Assembly (NCBI GenBank): GCA_964035545.1
Contig: OZ037771.1
Location: forward strand, 14,631,133-14,695,132
Length of the DNA stretch: 64,000 nucleotides
Source of the DNA: Bugula neritina
Lineage: Eukaryota; Animalia; Bryozoa
Reading direction: 5' to 3'
The notes beneath the pieces are model-generated. The model saw only the letters and a list, made by a program, of their open reading frames with translations. It was not told the origin of the DNA and did not search any database. How positions within the stretch are numbered: the stretch's first letter is position 1; every line of letters starts with the position of its first letter. Positions 25,483 to 37,762 of the stretch are shown piece after piece. The translations under genes and the position numbers were made by a program.

Positions 25483-26831
25483 AGTTACACAGAATTGCAC
25501 CAGCATATTATGCATGTGTCAATGTGATAAATGCAACTCAGTCTATTTAATTTGGCCGGGTTGTCAGACTGCTTATACCTATGTACTTACTACACAAATA
25601 ATAAAATCATATATAACTCTGCGCTTATATAGCAGATCTCTATCTTATTAGATATAAGTTTAATCATTCTGCTTCTTGTATATCATTTACTGGCGCAATT
25701 TGAAGCTTTTGAACTTAAAGTATCAGTCAGTGATTTACAGTTATCAGTCAGTGGCTTACAGTTATTAGTTATTGACTTACTGTATCAGTCAGTGACCTGA
25801 TTGTAAGTCATTGACCTACATTGTAAATCAGTAACTTACAGCAGCTTATATTGATGTGAACTGATTACTGAGTCATATGATATCATTTATTCCTGAAAAT
25901 ATAATAAAATACACCTACCCACAGAAGTCGTGTACATGTATTTAATAATCTAAGATAGTTATTAATAGCCTGCCAAGTTAAGCAATATAGCAGCATTGAA
26001 GCTATGGTGTAGTAATGGAGAAACGAAAAAAAGCCTGTGTTCGAAATTAAAATGCAGCCAAAAGTTATGTTTCCTCGATAATTTAAGGCTACAAAAATTA
26101 CTCTACAGTGATTGTACCAGCCTGCTCAAATTGTCTTCTAAAAGTATATATGATTCTATGAAAACCATCAGTAGTCATTTTAAGGCAGCACTTTCCACTA
26201 TACCTACAGCGTTAGCATGCCTCTGATAATTCTTATAATTCACAGATAACTAGCTAGGACACAGACAGGCAGAGCCAAACATCTGCAAGTATTTATAGTA
26301 TTCTTATATACACATCTTGTTTTCACATTTTTCATCTTATGCTTATACAATATTTTGCAATAATGCTACTTTTGACCTCTTAACAATGCAAAATACACCT
26401 CATCACAACATATGTTTTAGCCACAGTTACTAACTGATATATTATATTAATTTCTTCCTATACCTTTCACTTCTATCTTGCCAAAGCAGCAACACAACTA
26501 TTAATAATAATGAATGTTTTATGATTTGAACACAAATAAATTCTGTAAATTCTGTCATCAAACAGACTATGGTGCGGTGCTAACTCTGGTAAATATTTCC
26601 GAGGGGGGGGTGGGGGGGGAGTTTGTGAAATAAAGCACTTTAAATCTCAGCTAGCAATAAATAAAATGTTGAAGCCCAGGTTAAACAGAATTTTTCACTT
26701 TCTCACTGGACACAACTTTTTAGAATAAATTAAATAAATTTAGTCTGCTCAGATTTTGTTTCAACCATGTTTGAAAAGTTTCATAAAAGTTGTTTTATTT
26801 CAGATAAAACTCTTACAAAACACTTAACGCA

Positions 26832-28453
26832 TTATTTCCCAAAACTTTCGTTCTGCAGAGCTTTGAGTAAAGCGGACTGTGCTCCATGCTCTGCGACATT
26901 ATGATGTGAATCTGTACCAGCATGGGGGTCATTACGTCCACTCGATATTATTGAGTTAGCGAGGTTAAGAACTCCATCTGTCAAACCGCTAATGGCTACA
27001 ACAATTAATTAAATTTAGATTTGCATAAGATTTTTGTGCTGCATTGAAAATTATAACATACCATTTCTACAGCTTTTTCAATTTATTTTTAAAGCTTATA
27101 CTGCTTTATAAATTTGGAGGTGATAAAGCATGGCACTGTGTGTGAAATTCATTCTTTCATAATATATAACAACATATTTATGCTGCAACATACAGTAAAA
27201 AAGACGTACAACTATTATATCTAATGTGTTTAACGGAGAGGTATTGTAGTGACTGTGGGAAGTATACCCCCCTAACCTCCCATGTGTAAGTACCTATAAC
27301 AGAGTTGTGACATTGTATTATGTTATGAAGTTATTATGAAGTTCTAAGAGACTATAACTCTATTAGCAATGCCGCAATCCATCACTCCATACGGTGGCAC
27401 TGCCGGAACCCCCCACCGACCAATCAGAGCCAACCCTTCAGATATAAACAGCGCCTTCCGGCGCCCAGCCTCAGTCGGAGGATAGCTGTCATGTAGACTA
27501 GGATAATATTGTGTAGCTGTTCTATAAGTGTATTCTTTTTGCAATTGTTGATGACTTTACTTGTATCTAATCAGACTTTAAAAATACATCTTTCATACGC
27601 GTTAACTACTTTTGTTTCTTTTGCAACCTCGTAGTAAACCATGCAGCAGTAATTCGTGTGTACAATAACATCGCGCTCTAATAGTGCACAAAATCTAGTG
27701 TGTTTAGTGGAGAGGTATTATACTTCTATTTCAAAATGTCCAACATATATTTAACTCAAGCGACTTCAAGCTATATGAGTTGATAACTACAGCTGCAACA
27801 GAATCTTACAGAGTTTACATTAATCTTCTTACCTCCAATAGTGTCGATGCCTGGAATTCCGCCAGCTGCTCCAGAGGTTCCGGCAGCAGCACTTCCTGTA
27901 GCAGCAGCACCTCCTGTGGTAGCAGCACCTCCTGTAGCAGCACCTCCTGTAGCGGCAGCACCCCCAGTGGCACCACCTCCTCCTAAATATATAAGTTCAT
28001 ACAAAACTTTAATGTAGTTGTTACATACAAACATAATGAGCCATAATTCAAAGTTTGAACTTTCACAATGTAATCAAAACCAAGAGTAGATTATGAATTA
28101 AATGTTTTCATAACTTTTTCAGATACAACAGATAAAAAGGTGATACTTTTACGGGCTGCCAGTTAAATAAATTATTGTATTAATGGATAAGAATTTGTCT
28201 TACTATGTGAGCAAGTTTCAAAAACTGAGTAAAATTACAATATTTGTAATATTAGTATATATAATACTTGAAATTCATGACCTTTTTTCAGAATCTAATC
28301 ATATTGATGAACACTAACTTTAATATGCTGGTTATACTACAATAGACACACTAACCTCTACATGCATATTATGAGAAAAAGATTAAAATCATAAAAACAA
28401 GTTTGTAGGAAAAATTAAATTTACCCAGAAGTCCGGAGAGACCGCCAAGAAGT
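26832..28453 (-). pseudogene. 5'-truncated duplicate of the Gly/Leu/Ala-rich prepropeptide gene (partial exon 28453-28425, exons 27982-27833 and 26995-26832)
   Basis: Exons align with 38899-38927, 38279-38452 and 37763-37926; the promoter, signal peptide and first four exons are missing, replaced by pentraxin sequence. Confidence 0.85.
27245..27694 (+). mobile_element. ~450-bp insertion, solo-LTR-like
   Basis: Absent in the paralogous intron (~38150-38172); begins TGTAGTGA, has ...AATAACA at 27670 and internal TATAAA and AGTAAA; flanked by ~26-bp imperfect direct repeats instead of a short TSD. Confidence 0.4.
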
Positions 28454-29812
28454 TCCCAATCTTCTGATTTCTTCAGCATCCATTTCCAGATTCCACATGT
28501 TGAATATTGACAAATTCCCCTTTAGCATATCATATAAATCTCAAGCTCCTACTATAACAGAAAATCGTCAATTTCCTATGATGTAATTTTAGCACTTAAT
28601 AAAAAAGGCTATGAGTCATAAGAGTGAGTCATCAGGTACTAAAAGCTGAGTGACAAAGAACTTACAGTATTCATTCTGGCTGTGGAAGGGTAAAGAACCT
28701 ATAGGTGCTACATCTGTGTAGTACAATTCTAGACGCCCTGGACTGCCTAAATCTGTATACCACTATCGAGTTAAGATTTCTAATCTTAAAACAACAAATG
28801 AATATTAGTTCTACAAACACCATAGTCAGGAATAACCTAAATATTGGTAGAGCCAGTTTGAATAAATTCAAAACACAAGCAGTGTAAGACTTACTGAAAT
28901 ATTTCCACCTTGCTTTATGGTAATGCAGTGCCAGTTTCAGCCGCTGAACAGATCCTCAAAGTAACTGTTGGAATGTTTGAAGAGAATTATTTTCTGAGAA
29001 TGAACAAGCGCAACTATATCAAAAGTATAGCCGTCCTTATAGAGTAAAACTTCAAACTCATATGAATAACCTGAAATGACACAATACAAATTTTTATTCT
29101 GATGCATCATAAAAAAATATGCAAGTTTTATTAGAAAAGGCCTGAAAACTTTTAAAGTTCTTTTTAAGTTTTGTGTGTGTTGCAGTCATGCCTCTTTAGA
29201 TAAAATCGTTCAGGGCGCAGCCATGGTCAAGGGGTTAAAGCGCTGGCTTAGTAGCCCAGAAGTCATGGGTTTGATCCTCAGTAAAGGCCATTGGTGATAG
29301 GAAGAACATCCATGCAGTCATAATTACTCCTGTGCCACATATGGATATATGTCTTTAGCCTGCTTTTAAAAACCTTTTCAATGAGGTGTTTCTCAAAGGG
29401 GTAGTAACTATAAACTTGCGTGAGTTTTTTTTAGATATAATCTTTCTTCATTTAAAGACAACAGATAAATGGCATACTTTTATGAGTAATGGGAAAAAGT
29501 AACTATAGATATAAGCTCAACCATGCATAAAGGTTCTATAGCAGATCATTCAAAAAGTGACATGAATCCTATTCACTTGCTGCATGCAGCTTTTTCAACT
29601 GTTGCTAAATAATGTGCATATACATGGATAGTTCAACATACTTTGCGTAGATATATAACTCAGCAGGTGATAATCCACCCAGTGAGCTTCAAATTCTCTG
29701 ATCAACCAGAAACTGATGGTAAATTCAGACATGGCGGGAAGATCAGCTTGATAAAGATATGTGTCTGTACTCATTGGCTGAGTGAAAATTTGTTTACTGA
29801 CATAATTTGCGC
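28454..29812 (-). pseudogene. Third pentraxin paralog, pseudogene (exons 2-5; exon 5 truncated at the duplication junction)
   Basis: Colinear with 15303-16670; in-frame TGA early in exon 5 (GGA GCT TGA), deletion in exon 4, indels in exon 2, no intact signal-peptide exon. Confidence 0.88.
29213..29432 (+). mobile_element. tRNA-derived SINE in intron 2 of the pentraxin pseudogene
   Basis: A-box TGGTCAAGGGG, B-box-like GGTTTGATCC, body matches the 58710 copy; same intronic position as the 16100 copy. Confidence 0.85.
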
Positions 29813-31081
29813 CTTAAATTTATTACAGAATATTATACTGAACATAAATGAAACGGATCATTATTTTGTTATAAAACAGAGCAAAACATTGTTATATCAG
29901 TGACATTTTGCTTCCATTGCTATTTATTTGTGCGAGCAACTTGTCTTAAATAATTATTTTGTTTAACTTAGCGATATCTTATTAGCTAAGATATAGATTG
30001 ATTAAATATTTTTGTCTCAGAATATTAGCTTTTATGCTTATATATAAGTTAGTTTGTTACTATTTTCATTTTACTTTCCTTTACATGCATAATATTGATT
30101 TTGGCTCAAAGCCCTTAATTCATTAAAGTTTTTCAGAGTATTTATTTTAAGTGGTCTTTGTTTGAAGTAACTCATTAATATTTTATTAATATATTATGTT
30201 ATAAAAGTATTCCTTTAAGATTACTTACTTTTGTTATTAGTAAACTTGCTATAAGCACAATTAAAAATGAATGCAAAGAAGTAAACACAAAATGCACAGA
30301 GCATTAATAGCAATATTATAAATGAATAATGGATGGACAAATATAATAATAGTGTTGTGCATAATGAATATAAATTTGAGTTGCAGCATTAAGAAAAGTT
30401 AGAAATAGAAATTGCAGTATTTCAAGGTTATCATATTTCCAATGTAGCTTATTTCTATAGTATTACAAAGAATTAAACTTAAGCATACAAAGTTATTAGC
30501 TTTTAGTTAGATAAGTTATATTTTTGTCAAATCATTTAATGAATCATCGCAATTAGGTTCTTCTTAAGGTGCTACAATTGTGTTTCACGCTATACTATAT
30601 AGCAATAACTCTATAAACCACAAACTAAAGTATTTTCTGCAAAGCTGGTGTTTTAAGTATTAGTGCAAAGGTGACATACTCAGCACAATAAGTTTACTTA
30701 ATGGTTGATTTTACTCTGAGTGTCTCTCAAAATTATAGTGCTATATGAAAATGATAATTGCGCACAACATTTTGATAAATATGATCAGTTCAAATAGCAT
30801 GTTATGATTGTTGACATGAGTATTTTATTATTGGCTATTGTGTATGTAGACTACAATAAACTCAAAAAGTTAATGTTGGTTAAAAGGTGACATAAAAAGT
30901 CACAATGACAGTTTTATTTTGAAATATATTAAAATAATCCCTTTTGTAAACTGTTGAAATTTGTGCATTCTCCTGCTCTATATGTAGTTGGAAAGCTCTA
31001 GAATTGAATGCACCTTGCAGTGACTGTCATCACTTTGGAATTTCCATGATCACATATGTAACACTTCTCACGATTGGTTAT

Positions 31082-31409
31082 TGGTTACAAGAGTTTTTTG
31101 TCCTATAGCTTTAAGTAAAATATCGTCTGATGGAAGCTTTTTGTGAAAGCTTTTGCAATAGCCTTTTACTGGTAGCTTTTGTTTGATGAGTCAGTACAGC
31201 TCAAGACCTGAAAGAGGAAAGTTTGCTTTTGTTAAAGTTGCAGGCAATTTAGACTGTATTGCCCAAATAATTGTTAAAGTTTTGTGAGAAATATAAACTG
31301 TTGGCATTAAGCAAAAGGTTGAGTTGTGGCCTGCATTTGTGCATCCAGCATCCGTGCTATCACAACACATAGGCATCTGTGCCACTCAGCATCCGTGCTG
31401 ACACACGCG
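31082..31409. other. 328-bp insertion of unknown origin flanked by a 16-bp direct repeat
   Basis: TCTCA(C/T)GATTGGTTAT at 31066-31081 and 31410-31425; only one copy and no insert at the paralogous site ~19733-19748. Confidence 0.7.
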
Positions 31410-32428
31410 TCTCATGATTGGTTATGCAACAAACTCGTGGCCTATAAGACCTTGTCTTACCTACAGTAATAGTAACACAGTTTTAAACTTAACTAGTCAT
31501 CTGATGACTTAGTAGTCATACAATAGACATTAGTTTATAAATACTCTTTTAAGCAAATTTAATTACACTGAATGTTAATATAACATTATGTCATGTTTTG
31601 CTATCAACTGTCATCTGATTTTGCAATAAGTTGTTTAACAATTTAAAGGTCAAAAACTAGCTACACTAACTAAATTGAAACTAACACATGTGTGTTTAAC
31701 ATAAACTAGTGAACCAGTATTTGTTTCATAAAACTGAAATAAAACTGTAACAGTATTCTGAAAATGATTAAAAGTATAGACTTGCTGATTAAAGTTTCCT
31801 TATTTAGCAATATCCTATGCTATTGCACAATCATGATTCAATGTACAGCAAATTCCCTAATAGATATAAGCAAAAGTGAAGGTAATTTAAAACGCAAGTT
31901 TAAATTATAAATCAATATGTTCATGTGTTTTCAATATTTTTATTTTAATGTTTTAGTTTATAGCCATACCAAATATAAAAATAAATTGAGGATTCATTTC
32001 ACTTGTAGCCTGGAAATTATCTGTTATCCATATAGAGCAGCCACTGACTAGCGGTTAGAGCACTGGCTTAGTGAACATGCACAAAGTTAGTGGTTTTGGT
32101 AAAGGTCATTGCAGATGTTAGCAAGGGCATATTCAGTCAAATATCTGCCTTTTTGGCGCAATAGCAAACAAATCTTTATAGCTGGTTAAAATATCCCATC
32201 AGCTCCTCAAATACTGGTTAACACACGCACACACGCACACACACGCACACACGCACATGCACATGCACACAGTAAAATAGTGAGCTAGAGTGTATTACAG
32301 ATAAGATAGCAGTCATCGCACAACAGGGAGTTGAACTCAGCCTTGACCTGATCAGAGAAGAGATATTTGATGTCAGGATGTTGTAATCTCAAGTTAAAAT
32401 ATGTCACTCAACTCCAGTGTTTGACAGC

Positions 32429-32457
32429 TGACCTTGGGTGACCTCTGTCATATATAA
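32429..32457 (+). promoter_or_regulatory. DR4 element plus TATA box of NHL paralog 4
   Basis: TGACCT-TGGG-TGACCT (32429-32444), TATATAA (32451-32457). Confidence 0.55.
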
Positions 32458-32514
32458 GCTCCGCACTGCTGCCTCCTATCATTCAAGAGGATGCTGACTT
32501 AGAGAGAAGGCATC

Positions 32515-35500
32515 ATGGAGACATACTTTCTCTTTCTGGTAAGATTTCCTATAATATAGTATGTTATTGGCTGTCATTAAATAGTGGCTTTCTTGTTTAT
32601 TCAGTCTTCCAGTTATACTTTATAGCAGCAGCATGTGAAAGGATGAATATGCTCATAGCACTTCCATTAAAGTTTAACAAATGTTCATTTCTATAGTCGT
32701 TGTATATTCTAAATTACCTGTAATTTAATGTATATGTGTAGTTTTATTATATCTTATTTGGATATATTCTCCGTGATAAATCAAATTTTCTTATTTTGCT
32801 GTATTACCTTACATATTTGAATATATAGTAAGTAATATAGAATAATAATATAGGAAAACAGTAATGAAAAAAAAGAATGTTTCTTGTGGAATAAGCAATG
32901 CTGCTAGCTTGGAAATTTATGACGCATATTTATGATTAGAAAAAAAAAACAATTTTACAAAATTATTGTAGTGAAATTTATGCTAGTTTCTATAGTAGCT
33001 TTGCTTAGCTAAATTGACAGATTTTGCAGGCAAGCTGCTTACAGCACAGCTTGTGCTAGCTTAAAAACTCAGGCACTTGGCAATAGCTGGTGCTACTTTT
33101 TAGAGAGCAACTAATTAAGTTGTTAATAAATTTTCTTTTCTTTAATGTTGTGAAATACAATCATGTTTACATTGTTTATTTATTTCAAGATTATGCTACG
33201 ATACTTGATATACAACTATAATGCATGAATAAAATATTGAAATTTATGCGAAAGCTTAATATGATGTTTGCTTGTAGTATAATTACTTACAGCATTGAGA
33301 TTTTATGTTATTTAACATATGTATGTATGTATTCACATGTGCCTAAAGCTAGATTTGTAGGAATTATCATTGTGGTTCTCTTGCTGCAAAGTTTTAAGTC
33401 TTAATTACTGTTTTTAGAGTTTACTATCTGCCACTGTATGGACAGGTCAAGCGCAAACAAGTGAATCGCAAACAAGTGTATCCAGGTGAGAAAATTACTA
33501 AAAATGTTGCTGGCAGATGTTGAACACAAGGCTATCATTTTAATGCATATTATTATTGGTTAAACCTATACAATGACAAGTTTCATCTAGTTTATATAAT
33601 CTCTATGAAGGACAGCCATATCACTGCTGATGGCAATAGTAATTAATCCTTTTAGTTATTCTATCATTAAGCACTTTTAATTATTACTGAGTAATTCACA
33701 GTGGAACATTTAGCTATTAGAATTGCTATAAGAACTTGTCCTATCAAATTTTAGCATATCATACCAGACGTCTGAACTGTTTCTTTCAACAACCTTCAAC
33801 GTCTACCAGATAAGCAGAGACTTGAGAAAAGATGATGGAAGCGTACTGTTTACCACCCACGGTGCTCTTCAATCAAGTGACGGTCAAACTGTCACCTCTG
33901 TTGCATCTATTCCTTATGCATCACTCACAGGCTTCAAACAGTTAGATGAAGATCGTGTTGTCATTGTCGTGAACAACAAGCACTGTTTGAAGCTTTTTAA
34001 CAGAGCCGCTAATGCCATATCCACCCTCGCCGGAACTTGTGGATACAGAGGATACAAAGAAGGGGCTCCTGGTTGGAGCATGATGCGATACCCTGAAAGT
34101 GTTGAGATTGATATGAGGAACCCGGGTCGTGTGCTAGTCACTGACAGCTTAAATCAAGCAATAAGATCTGTGGATCTGGAAACCGGAGTTCTCAGAACAG
34201 TCATCAGGTCTGGTTTTGACTACCCTCGCGGTATGATCTGGTTTGGGGACACGCTGCTTGTAACCAACCTTCACTACATCTCCCAAGTCACCTGGCCCAG
34301 CAGTGAAGATGATCCAACCAATGAACAGATCATCGGCTCATCTTCCCAGCACGGAATCGCTGATGGCAGCTTCAGTGTCGCACAACTCGAGTCTCCTAGC
34401 GTGATCTCTAAACTGACTGAGGACCTCTATCTGGTGACCGACTACGAGTTCAAGGGCCTCAAGCTGTTGGACTTTAAGAATGAATACGTTGGTCCAGTTT
34501 GCTTTCAGGGAGAAAGTCCTTGTGAAGCCAGCAGTGAATTGCCAAGTGAATTGAGATCTGTACACGTTGACGGTGACGTTGTTTACATTGGAGCCAGCCA
34601 GGATATCTACAAGCTGAGTGGTCAGTTAATAACTTTATTCAGTTTTTTGTGAGCATATACCAAGTGTTTTGTTTATTATAACCATCAGTTTTTATTGTAA
34701 AAATTTGTATAAACTTTACATAAGTATTACTATTGAATAGATTTATGGATAAAGTTTAAAGCATGCACCACTTTTTTCTTATTACTTATGAGTGAAGTTA
34801 TATTGAGTAGATTTGCATATGTTTAAAACTTTATCTTATGCTATAGAATTATTGATTCAAATTTGCAGGGCCTAAACTACCATCAGTGAAAGCTGACTCA
34901 TGCTCATATGACAACATTACTGCCTACTTGGAACCATGCCAACCTACAGTCAAGGTTCAGTTACATGGTGGAGACATGGTAGAGCTACCTTTGGGAAACT
35001 ATCAGTTCACTAGGAGAGATAACTCCACCAACTGCACCTACCATGTCGCCATTGCTAGTAAGTGATGAGTCATTAGCATCAAAATAAAATGCAACATGCA
35101 GCTGCCAATTTATGGAAATTAGTATACCCTACAATTAGAGTTCTTTTTGGACCTTTTTATACAGTTTTGTACCGGCTCTTGAATTCACTCGCGATTTTTC
35201 AAGTAATTCTTCATTTTCAGTGTAGTAGATTTGAATATAATTGCACTTGTCATCTACTTACAGGAAGTCCCGTTTCAAAGAGACTGGTGTTCAGATCAGA
35301 GTATGACATCCCGTGTGCCTCCCTCAACACCGGCTCTGATACCAGCTTCCTTGACTCCATTCTGGCTCAGAGAAGAGACGATCTGCAAGACATCTGCCTT
35401 CAAGGTTAGCATTTTGTGTGGCATTGATTTGTCGTATAAATTACCTTTAAACTTTTTATGAATGAAATTAATTTTTACGCGATTCATTAAGTTGTGCTTG

Positions 35501-36270
35501 TCTTTTCTCTTGATTGTGGTTACTTTCGAGTTTCTTTAAGCATCAACTTACATTCTTTTGTCTTAATATTGCTTTAAAAATATCGCAAGAAAAATTCTGC
35601 TTGTAGTTAATACCTAGCTTCCAAAAATTTGACTTTATTCTAGTTATGGAAATTTTTGAAAATTCTTAAATGATAAAATATGTAGTGAATAAATATTTCA
35701 CTTCCAACACTGCAACGGCTATACTCTCACTCATATCATGTTTATTGATACTGTTACTTCTGGTTTTTAGATTGTACCATGTCCTCTACTTTGCAACCCT
35801 GGTATGAGTGTGAAAGAAATGTACTCACTGCTCATTGGCCAACCGACATTCTACTGCCTGCATCTTCTGAAACACTTCCTGTACAACTGAACGGTGAATT
35901 GGAAAGGAGGCTAAGTGAATCGGCAGCAATGCAGCTATCTTACATTGGCATCATTGGTCAAAACCCACCGTATGTATGACTGCTTTGTTTTATTGAAACT
36001 ACTTTAATAACTACGGCTTTTAATAGTTGATGCATTAACTTGAAGTTTTGAAAAGTTATTCCATGTAAGTCTAAATGTTCATTTTACAAAACAAATTAAA
36101 AACAGAGTTTCAATTATTTATAATTATTTAGATTTGTATATTTATCTTATATATACAGGTTAATAGCTGCTAGAGAAAGTAACGGAAAGGGAGTCGAGAT
36201 AACTCTTATAGTGTCCAGCTGTACTGATGGATCTAAGGAATTTGATGCAAGTCAAGGCGTTTGTGTTTAA
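32515..36270 (+). CDS. Secreted NHL-repeat-like beta-propeller protein, paralog 4 (~532 aa). Exons 32515-32538, 33418-33485, 33755-34620, 34869-35057, 35264-35404, 35771-35969, 36159-36270
   Basis: Close duplicate of paralog 3; 1599-nt open frame; only in-frame indels (15-nt duplication in exon 2, +3 nt in exon 7). Confidence 0.88.
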
Positions 36271-36534
36271 AGTTACACAGAATTGCATCAGCATATTATG
36301 CATGTGTCAATGTGATAAATGCAACTTAACCTATTTAACTTAGCTGGGTTTTTCAGACTGATTATTATAGCTATAAACTTACTACGCAAAGAATAAAATT
36401 ATATATAATATAACTCTACGGCTGTGTTTTATTAAATATAAATTTAATCATTCTGTTTCTTGCATATGGTTTACTGGAGTTAAAATTGAAGCTTTTGAAC
36501 TTACTGTATCAGTCAGTGGCTTACAGTTATCAGT

Positions 36535-36775
36535 TACTAACCTACATTGTAAGTTACTGACCTACATTGTAAGTTACTGACCTACATTGTAAGTTACTGA
36601 CCTTCACTGTAAGTTACTGACCTTCACTGTAAGTTACTGACCTACATTGTAAGTTACTGACCTACGTTGTAAGTTACTGACCTACATTGTAAGTTACTGA
36701 CCTTCACTGTAAGTTACTGACCTTCACTGTAAGTTACTGACCTGCATTGTAAGTTACTGACCTACGTTGTAAGTC
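36535..36775. repeat. 20-bp minisatellite (ACTGACCTACATTGTAAGTT), about 12 copies
   Basis: Visible tandem units with two variants. Confidence 0.95.
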
Positions 36776-37762
36776 AGTAACTTACAGCAGCTTATATTGG
36801 TGTGAACTGATTACTGCATGTGTCATGATATCATTTACTTCTGAAAAGGAAATATATTACACCTACCCACAGAAGTCTTGTATATGTATTTATTAATTTA
36901 TAAAAGTTATAATTAATAGCCTGCTGAGTTAAACAATGTAGCAGCATTACAGCTATGAGATAGTAATGGAGAAACTGAGAAAAGCCTGTGTTCTAAATTA
37001 AAAATGCAGCCAAGAAGTTATGTTTCTTCAATAAGTTAAGATCTAGAAACTCATTCTTCTAATTGTACCAGCCTGTTCAAACTGTCTTCTATAAAAGTAT
37101 TTATGATTCCATGGAAACCCTTATAGTAGTCATTATTAAAGCAGCACTTTTTACTATACAAGGTCATCATGCATCTCTAGCTAGGGCACAGACAAACAGA
37201 GTTTTAAGTCAGCAAGTATTTATAGTACTATTATATACACATATCTAGGTTTCATATTTTTCATCTTATGCTTATACAATGTTGTAGCAATGCTAAATTT
37301 AACCTATTAACAACGCAAAATACATCTCATTACAAGCTCTAACATATGTTATAGCCACAGTGACTAACTGATATATTGGTTTCTTCATATATATCCTTCA
37401 CTTACATTTTCCCAAAGTAATAACACAACTAATAATAATAATAATAGGTGATGAATGTTTTATGATTTGAACAGAAATAAATTCTGTCATCAAACAGACT
37501 GTGGCGCAGTGCTAACTCTGGTAAATATTCCTAAGGGGGGGGGGGGGGAGAATATGTGAAATAAATCACTTTGAATCCCAGTTAGTAAGAAACAAAATGT
37601 TGAAACCCAGGCTAAACAGAAGTCTTTACTTTTTCACTGGACAAAAACTTTTAGAATAAATTGAATAAATTTAATCTGTTCAGTTTTTGTTTCAAGCATG
37701 TTTGAAAAGTTTCATAAAAGTTCTTTTATTTCAGATAAAACTCTTACAAAATATTTAACACA

